45,174 nucleotides of DNA from positions 1 to 45,174 of the forward strand of contig JALUMZ010000055.1 of NCBI GenBank assembly GCA_027055635.1, in the 5' to 3' direction. Of the stretch, positions 39,079 to 45,174 are shown one piece after another (positions within the stretch are counted from its first letter, which is position 1; the number at the start of each line of letters is the position of its first letter). Both the position numbers and the translations under genes were made by a program. The notes beneath the pieces were generated by a model, which was not told where the DNA came from, searched no databases, and saw only the letters and a list, made by a program, of their open reading frames with translations. The stretch comes from Campylobacteraceae bacterium (GTDB taxonomy: Bacteria > Campylobacterota > Campylobacteria > Campylobacterales > Sulfurospirillaceae).

Positions 39079-39621
39079 ATGTTTGAAGCGATAGCATTTT
39101 ATACATTTTCAATTTTAGTGATTGGAATGTTTGGGATAGTGGTATTTAGTAAAAATGCGCTCTACGCAATGAGTGCATTAGCGGGAGGTATGATATTTAT
39201 ATCAGGCTTTTTCTTTTTGCTAGATGCTGATTTTTTAGGAGTTGTACAAATCGTTGTATATACAGGTGCAGTAATGGCACTTTATGCATTTGGTATGATG
39301 TTCTTTGACTCCACAAGAGATGTTAAAGAGAATATTAAATTTAAAAAAATTATCTATACTTTATCTGTATTGTCCGCAATTTTTACTATATTTATTTTAA
39401 TGGCTCCAATATTTTCTACAAAAATTGAGGCTATATATCCAACTCTACAAGGGGTTGGAAATGTTCAAATGATAGGATTAATTCTCTTTACTAAGTACCT
39501 TGTACCATTTGAAGTAGCCGCTATTATGTTATTGGCAGCTATGATAGCAGGAATCGTCTTGGTGAAAGTAAAGATGGAAGAGACTCCAACAAATATAGAA
39601 GTAGCAAGGGGTGAAAAATGA
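39079..39621 (+). CDS. nuoJ: NADH-quinone oxidoreductase subunit J
   Basis: QIVVYTGAV, LFTKYLVPFE...LL.AMIAGIVL. Confidence 0.95.
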   Translation: MFEAIAFYTFSILVIGMFGIVVFSKNALYAMSALAGGMIFISGFFFLLDADFLGVVQIVVYTGAVMALYAFGMMFFDSTRDVKENIKFKKIIYTLSVLSAIFTIFILMAPIFSTKIEAIYPTLQGVGNVQMIGLILFTKYLVPFEVAAIMLLAAMIAGIVLVKVKMEETPTNIEVARGEK

Positions 39622-39920
39622 TAACTCTAACACACTATTTGACTCTTACGGGTATCTTGTTTTCATTAGGTATTGTAGGGGTGTTAAGGAGAAAAAATCT
39701 TTTGATGCTTTTTTTCTCAACAGAGATTCTGCTAAATGCTGTAAATATAGGGTTTGCGGCAGTATCAAAATATTATGGTGATTTAAGCGGACAAATATTT
39801 TCATTTTTTATAATCGCTATTGCAGCAAGTGAAGTTGCTGTTGGTTTAGGTCTGTTGGTACTTTGGTATAAGAGAAGTGGTACAATTGATCTTGATAGTT
39901 TACAAATGATGAAGGGTTGA
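39618..39920 (+). CDS. nuoK: NADH-quinone oxidoreductase subunit K
   Basis: RRKNL, EILLNAVN, AASEVAVGL. Confidence 0.96.
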   Translation: MITLTHYLTLTGILFSLGIVGVLRRKNLLMLFFSTEILLNAVNIGFAAVSKYYGDLSGQIFSFFIIAIAASEVAVGLGLLVLWYKRSGTIDLDSLQMMKG

Positions 39921-41779
39921 TGATGGAAAAGTACTTATATGTAGCACTATTTGCTCCAATTGTTGGCTCGCTTTTTAGTTTGCTTTTTACGGCAAAGAAA
40001 AAAAATGTTATAACAGCACTTGTAACTTCTGCTCTTTTGCTGCTATCTTTCGTCTCTTCTTTGACTCTTATGTTCGCAGTATATGATGGCCTAAGTTTAC
40101 ATGTAAAGATGATGGGATGGATAAGTGCAGGCAATCTTAGTTTGCCGTTTGGTTTTATTGTAGATAATGTATCAGTTGTTATGATGGTTACAGTTACTTT
40201 AGTCTCATCAGTTGTAAATATATACTCTATGGGTTATATGATGCACGATAAGGGATATAACAGATTTTTTACATATATATCCGCTTTCGTTTTCTCTATG
40301 CTGATACTTGTCATGAGTGATAATTTCGTAGGATTGTTTATAGGATGGGAAGGTGTTGGATTGTGTTCATATCTGCTCATTGGATTTTGGTATGAAAAAG
40401 AGAGTGCCTCTTGGGCAGGAAATGAAGCTTTTATTATGAATAGAGTTGCTGACCTTGGTATGCTTATGGGGCTATTCTTGATCTATTGGCAGTTTGGTAC
40501 CTTTAGTTATGAAGAGGTTTTTGCCCATGTTGGAAGTGTAAATGTAGGCATAGTTACTACTATTGGTTTACTTCTTTTTGTAGGCGCTATGGGAAAATCA
40601 GCTCAATTTCCATTTCATACTTGGTTGGCAGATGCCATGGAGGGTCCTACTCCGGTTTCAGCTTTGATACATGCAGCAACGATGGTAACAGCTGGAGTCT
40701 ATCTTGTTATTAGAGCAAGTGATCTTTTTATGCTTATACCGGAAGTTGGGCATATAATAGCAACACTAGGTGCTTTTGTTGCGGTTTTTGCTGCATCTAT
40801 GGCACTTGTAAACAGAGATTTAAAGAGGATTATCGCATACTCCACACTCTCACAGCTAGGTTATATGTTTGTAGCTGCCGGGTTAGGTGCTTACTGGATA
40901 GCACTATTTCACCTAATGACACATGCATTTTTCAAATCCTTACTCTTCTTGGGGGCTGGAAATGTGATGCATGCTATGGATGATGAGCTGGATATCAAGA
41001 AGATGGGTGGATTGTTTAATGCTATGCCATATACTGCTATTTTGATGGCTGTTGGTTCGGTGGCACTTTGTGGAGTCTATCCGTTTGCAGGATTTTTTAG
41101 TAAAGATATGATTTTAGCTGCAGCATTTAATGGAGGTAATTTTTATATATGGTTTGCACTCTTTATAGGAGCAGGAATGACTGCTTTTTATAGTTTTAGA
41201 TTAGTTATGTTGGTATTTTTTGGCGATAAAGTCTATAAAAAGTTTGGTTTTCATCCTCATGAAACATATCCATTTGTCCTTTGGGCTCTTTTGCCATTAG
41301 GAATTTTAGCTACAATAGCAGGATTTTTTGAGCATCCGTTTGAGGAGTTTGTAACTAAAGTATTGGATAAATATGAGTTTAGTATGTCTCATTCAACTGA
41401 GGTTGGATTGATATTTTTAACTTCGGCATTTGTTATATTAGTGATAGTTGCAACTATATATAAATACTCAAGAGGAGGCTTTAGCAAACAGCTAGAGACT
41501 ATGCCTCTGTATCTATTGCTTAAAAACCAATACTACATACCAAAGTTGTATGAGGTGGCAATTTTCAAACCCTACTATGCACTTTCAAAATTTGCATGGA
41601 AGCAGATAGATGTGCGAATTATTGACTTTAGTGTTGACTTGATAGCAAGGGTGCTATATAAGAGTGGGCAACAGAGTCGAAAAATGCAGAGCGGAAACCT
41701 ATCTGATATGCTTAGATGGATGATAGTTGGTACAGTTGTACTACTTGCTTTAGCAATCTTTTATAGACCGATGGTGTAG
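39920..41779 (+). CDS. nuoL: NADH-quinone oxidoreductase subunit L
   Basis: GWEGVGLCSYLLIGFW, GKSAQFP.HTWL.DAMEGPTPVSALIHAATMV, HAFFKSLLF; start within 39917-39923. Confidence 0.96.
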   Translation: MMEKYLYVALFAPIVGSLFSLLFTAKKKNVITALVTSALLLLSFVSSLTLMFAVYDGLSLHVKMMGWISAGNLSLPFGFIVDNVSVVMMVTVTLVSSVVNIYSMGYMMHDKGYNRFFTYISAFVFSMLILVMSDNFVGLFIGWEGVGLCSYLLIGFWYEKESASWAGNEAFIMNRVADLGMLMGLFLIYWQFGTFSYEEVFAHVGSVNVGIVTTIGLLLFVGAMGKSAQFPFHTWLADAMEGPTPVSALIHAATMVTAGVYLVIRASDLFMLIPEVGHIIATLGAFVAVFAASMALVNRDLKRIIAYSTLSQLGYMFVAAGLGAYWIALFHLMTHAFFKSLLFLGAGNVMHAMDDELDIKKMGGLFNAMPYTAILMAVGSVALCGVYPFAGFFSKDMILAAAFNGGNFYIWFALFIGAGMTAFYSFRLVMLVFFGDKVYKKFGFHPHETYPFVLWALLPLGILATIAGFFEHPFEEFVTKVLDKYEFSMSHSTEVGLIFLTSAFVILVIVATIYKYSRGGFSKQLETMPLYLLLKNQYYIPKLYEVAIFKPYYALSKFAWKQIDVRIIDFSVDLIARVLYKSGQQSRKMQSGNLSDMLRWMIVGTVVLLALAIFYRPMV

Positions 41780-41788
41780 GAGTAAGTG

Positions 41789-43315
41789 ATGGAACATATA
41801 TTATCATTAATCGTATTTTTTCCGCTAGTTGCAGTATTTTTTGGCTTTGTTATAAATAAAGACAGTATCAAAACATTTGGTATTGTTGTAACTTTTGTAG
41901 AGTTTATATTTTCTATCGTATTGTGGATAGGATTTGATACAAATAATGCAGGTTTTCAATTTGTTGAGTATGTATCTCTCATAAAACAGTTTGGTGTAAG
42001 TTATTACCTGGGAGTTGACGGCATATCCCTATTTTTAGTCATACTTAGTACATTCATGACTCTTGTATCTTTGATAGGTTTAAATATAAAAAAAGATATA
42101 AAAAATCTAGTGCTTACAATACTCTTCTTAGAGATGACACTTGTTGGTGTATTTTTGAGTTTGGACATGATACTTTTTTATATCTTCTGGGAGCTATCTT
42201 TGATACCTATGCTTTATATCATAGGTGCATGGGGAAGCGGGCAGAGGATATATGCTGCTATTAAATTTTTCTTATATACATTTGCCGGCTCTGCTTTGAT
42301 GTTAGTTGGTATATTGTATCTTGGATATCAGTATTTTATAGCTACAGGAACTTGGAGTTTTTCTATTCCGGATTGGCATCTTTTAGTTTTACCTTTTAAT
42401 ATGCAACTTTGGTTATTTGGTGCATTTTTTATAGCATTTGCCGTAAAGGTTCCTATGTTTCCTTTTCATACATGGTTACCTTACGCACATGGACAGGCAC
42501 CTACTATCGGTTCTGTTCTTCTTGCAGCTGTGATGCTAAAAATGGGAACTTATGCTTTCGTAAGATTCTCTCTTCCTCTATTTCCTGATGCTAGTGTATA
42601 TTTTTTATACCCTATAGCAACTATAGCTATAATTATGGTCATATATGCAGCGATGGTAGCGTATGCCCAAGAGGATATGAAGCAAGTCATCGCTTATAGT
42701 TCGATATCACACATGGGTATTATCATAATCGGAACATTTGCTATGAATGCAGAGGGTATAACGGGAGCTATATTTTTGATGTTAAGTCATGGAATTGTAA
42801 GTGGAGCTCTGTTTATGTTGGTTGGAGTCATATATGACAGAAGGCACACCAAAACGATAAGTGAGTTTGGTGGGTTGGCAACAGTGATGCCTAGATATGC
42901 CGGTATTTTTGGTGTAATGATGATGGCAGCTGTTGGATTACCTTTGACTATCGGTTTTGTCGGAGAATTTTTGTCGCTGTTAGGATTTTATAAGGTAAAC
43001 TGGTTTATGACGCTTTTAGCAGGAACAGGCATCATCTTAGGAGCCGTTTATATGCTGGTTCTGTTTAAAAGATCATTTTTTGGAGAAGTTACAAAGCAAG
43101 AAAACAGAGAGTTAAAAGATTTAGACAAGAGAGAATTTGCAGCATTGATTCCTTTGGTAGCACTTGTTATTATCTTGGGTGTCTATCCTAAACCTGTTTT
43201 AACTACTATAGACATGAGTGTTAAAAAGATGATCAACTTGATGCAGAAGAAGGCTGTGTTGCCTGATACTAGAAAATTATTGATAAGAGTAAATAGCGTA
43301 GGGGGTACAAAGTAA
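41789..43315 (+). CDS. nuoM: NADH-quinone oxidoreductase subunit M
   Basis: GVDGISL, FWE..LIP, KVPMFPFHTWLPYAH, LKMG.Y, AYSSISHMG; start 41786 or 41789. Confidence 0.96.
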   Translation: MEHILSLIVFFPLVAVFFGFVINKDSIKTFGIVVTFVEFIFSIVLWIGFDTNNAGFQFVEYVSLIKQFGVSYYLGVDGISLFLVILSTFMTLVSLIGLNIKKDIKNLVLTILFLEMTLVGVFLSLDMILFYIFWELSLIPMLYIIGAWGSGQRIYAAIKFFLYTFAGSALMLVGILYLGYQYFIATGTWSFSIPDWHLLVLPFNMQLWLFGAFFIAFAVKVPMFPFHTWLPYAHGQAPTIGSVLLAAVMLKMGTYAFVRFSLPLFPDASVYFLYPIATIAIIMVIYAAMVAYAQEDMKQVIAYSSISHMGIIIIGTFAMNAEGITGAIFLMLSHGIVSGALFMLVGVIYDRRHTKTISEFGGLATVMPRYAGIFGVMMMAAVGLPLTIGFVGEFLSLLGFYKVNWFMTLLAGTGIILGAVYMLVLFKRSFFGEVTKQENRELKDLDKREFAALIPLVALVIILGVYPKPVLTTIDMSVKKMINLMQKKAVLPDTRKLLIRVNSVGGTK

Positions 43316-44802
43316 TGATAAGTCCTATCTCGGTTAGTATTGATAGTCTAAATATAGCACTTTTAGCGCCTATGGCTATTTTATCTTTTGGAGCATTAGC
43401 TATTATATGTATAGATCTATTTGCAAAGAATTTAAGCAAAAGTTTTTATGTCATGCTAACTCTTTTGTTTATTTTTATTGATTTTACAGCACTCATTGGC
43501 TTAAATGGACCAAGTCGAGGATTTTTTGATGTAATGTTAGTAGATGGTATATCAGTTTTAGCACAAGGTATCATACTTATAAGTTCAGCACTCTTTATCA
43601 TCACTGCTCTTAGCAATAAGCCTTTTAAAGAGTTTAAGAAAGCAGAATATTATGCACTCTTTTTGTTTATGATTGTAGGTTTCCAATTTATGGTTGCTAC
43701 TGATAATCTTATATTGATATTTTTAGGTCTAGAGACAGCGAGTTTATCACTATATACACTAATAGCAATGCACAATAGAAATAAAGCATTTGAAGCTGCT
43801 ATAAAGTATTTTACTATGGGCGCATTGGCAGCAGGATTTTTTGCTCTGTCTTCACTTGTATTTTATGCGCTTACAGGAAGTGTAGAATTATCAGTCATAG
43901 AGAAAGTTTTAAATGCTAGAAATTATGCACCTGGGTCGGCGATATTGGCTGGCATTGTATTTATGCTTATAGCTCTTGGGTTTAAACTCTCTGTTGTGCC
44001 GACACATACTTGGACGCCAGATGTTTATGAAGGAAGTTCAGCTCCTCTTGCAGGGTATATGTCAGTAGTACCAAAGATAGCGGGACTTGTTGTAGCTATT
44101 AGATTTTTGGATATATTTTTACATGCACAAATAGCTTGGGTAGAAGATGTATTGATATTTTTAGCAGTTATCACTATGTTTTTGGCAAACATAACCGCAC
44201 TTGTTCAAGAAGATGTGAAAAGAATGTTGGCATTTAGTTCTATCGCTCATGCAGGATTTGTTTTGACTGCTTTGATGATAGGTAGTACACAGGCAAATTC
44301 AGCGATATTCTTGTATTGGGTACTCTTTATGTTTACAAATATAGGAGCATTTACTATGCTGTGGATTGCAAGACATAAGAAAAATTTATGGGATAGTAGA
44401 TATCAACATCCATTTACCAAATTTTCAGGAATGGTAAAAGTCTCTCCTATGATGGCTACAATAATGGCTATATTTATGTTTACGCTAGCCGGCATGCCTC
44501 CTTTTTCTGTATTTTGGGGAAAACTTTATCTAATAGGTACGGTTGTAGATAGCGGGCATGTTATTTTAGCGGTCATAATGGTAATAAACTCTGCTATAGC
44601 AGTATATTACTATATGAAACTTATAGTATATATGTTTCTAAAAGATCCCATCACAGAAGACGGTAATATATATATAGCAAATTCATCAACGCCAATTAAA
44701 GTCATAGTAGGCATCACTTTAACATTTACTATTGTGGCTTCTGTATTTGTAGAGCCGATACTTGGAATTATTTCTACTCTTATGAAATCAAGTGGATTAT
44801 AG
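43315..44802 (+). CDS. nuoN: NADH-quinone oxidoreductase subunit N
   Basis: EAAIKYF, FKLS.VP.H.WTPDVYEG, KRMLAFSSIAHAG, LAGMPP, YYY. Confidence 0.96.
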   Translation: MISPISVSIDSLNIALLAPMAILSFGALAIICIDLFAKNLSKSFYVMLTLLFIFIDFTALIGLNGPSRGFFDVMLVDGISVLAQGIILISSALFIITALSNKPFKEFKKAEYYALFLFMIVGFQFMVATDNLILIFLGLETASLSLYTLIAMHNRNKAFEAAIKYFTMGALAAGFFALSSLVFYALTGSVELSVIEKVLNARNYAPGSAILAGIVFMLIALGFKLSVVPTHTWTPDVYEGSSAPLAGYMSVVPKIAGLVVAIRFLDIFLHAQIAWVEDVLIFLAVITMFLANITALVQEDVKRMLAFSSIAHAGFVLTALMIGSTQANSAIFLYWVLFMFTNIGAFTMLWIARHKKNLWDSRYQHPFTKFSGMVKVSPMMATIMAIFMFTLAGMPPFSVFWGKLYLIGTVVDSGHVILAVIMVINSAIAVYYYMKLIVYMFLKDPITEDGNIYIANSSTPIKVIVGITLTFTIVASVFVEPILGIISTLMKSSGL

Positions 44803-44803
44803 T

Positions 44804-44864
44804 GTATATTAGGGTCCCCTGACTCTAATATACTTGTTACGATATACACTTATATCGTAACAAG
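44804..44864. terminator. two tandem hairpins immediately after nuoN (probable terminator or 3' stabiliser)
   Basis: GTATATTAGGGTC-CCCT-GACTCTAATATAC (44804-44833, one G-T pair) and perfect CTTGTTACGATATA-CACT-TATATCGTAACAAG (44833-44864). Confidence 0.65.
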
Positions 44865-44871
44865 CCTAATA

Positions 44872-44880
44872 TGCTATAAT
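44872..44880 (+). promoter_or_regulatory. extended -10 element of a probable leaderless promoter
   Basis: TGCTATAAT followed 6 nt later by ATG 44887; no SD sequence. Confidence 0.65.
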
Positions 44881-44886
44881 ACTCAC

Positions 44887-45174
44887 ATGAAAAAATTACT
44901 ATTATTATTTACGATATCTGTACATATCTTTGCGCTAGATATATATTTAAATAGTGCAAAAGAGAACAAACTACCATATTCCGTCTTGCATATAATAGAT
45001 AATGAACCCATTAAGTGCCGTACAATTTCTCAGGCACTTGACAAAAAGAGTTATGTTTGCTCATTTAAGAAAATAATTAAAAACAAAATGAGTGCAAGAA
45101 AGTTAGATTTTGTAAATATAGATTTTTTAGAAAAAAATAGTAAATTTTATATAAATATAGAACCAAAATATAAC
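44887..45174 (+). CDS. pflA: PflA-like (paralysed flagellum) periplasmic protein, N-terminal part; 3'-truncated; absent from the ORF track
   Basis: Open frame MKKLLLLFTISVHIFALDIYLNSAKENKLPYSVLHIIDNEPIKC... to the window end; signal peptide; pflA follows nuoN in Campylobacter and Helicobacter. Confidence 0.7.
   Translation, partial: MKKLLLLFTISVHIFALDIYLNSAKENKLPYSVLHIIDNEPIKCRTISQALDKKSYVCSFKKIIKNKMSARKLDFVNIDFLEKNSKFYINIEPKYN

Noticed and set aside
979-44849. Many 60-173 aa ORFs antisense to or nested in longer genes (e.g. 979-1293, 9386-9907, 20210-20590, 23660-24064, 33395-33766, 44610-44849)
   Set aside because: Shadow frames of well-supported genes with no recognisable motifs.
1-45174. 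CRISPR arrays, tRNA/rRNA genes, long poly-G/C phase-variation tracts, in-frame selenocysteine TGA, frameshifted pseudogenes
   Set aside because: None seen by eye; the intergenic gaps are short and the major ORFs look full length. tRNAscan-SE and Infernal would be needed to exclude small RNAs formally.

Overview
AT-rich window from a Campylobacterota (epsilonproteobacterial) chromosome. The assignment rests on a nuo operon with the two small genes that replace nuoE/nuoF, a pflA-like gene after nuoN, and TGnTATAAT promoters; a Sulfurospirillum/Sulfurovum-like organism is plausible but not provable here. 1-5.1 kb: tightly packed membrane/sulfur-handling run (partial RND permease, EI24/CysZ-like, HdeD, APC permease, small hypothetical, rhodanese, TauE). 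5.1-10.6 kb: Tat-exported TorA/DorA-family molybdoenzyme, monohaem cytochrome c, and a two-component system whose kinase has a chemoreceptor-like input half. 10.55-10.82 kb: 270-bp MITE-like element with perfect 33-bp terminal inverted repeats enclosing two related hairpins. 10.9-13.2 kb: MgtC/SapB-DUF4010 protein convergent with a eukaryote-type arginine (phosphagen) kinase. 13.3-21.4 kb: MFS, YqaA, pyrC, a second TCS, a PilZ protein, and a polar amino-acid ABC transporter with a long intergenic hairpin. 21.5-30.8 kb: DMT, lipoprotein, nfo, a lipase-fadL-fadD module, AAA ATPase, threonine aldolase. 31.0-44.8 kb: complete epsilon-type nuo operon, then two tandem hairpins and the 5' end of an apparently leaderless pflA-like gene. 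No rRNA, tRNA, CRISPR array or transposase was seen. All calls come from reading motifs by eye; no database search was run.
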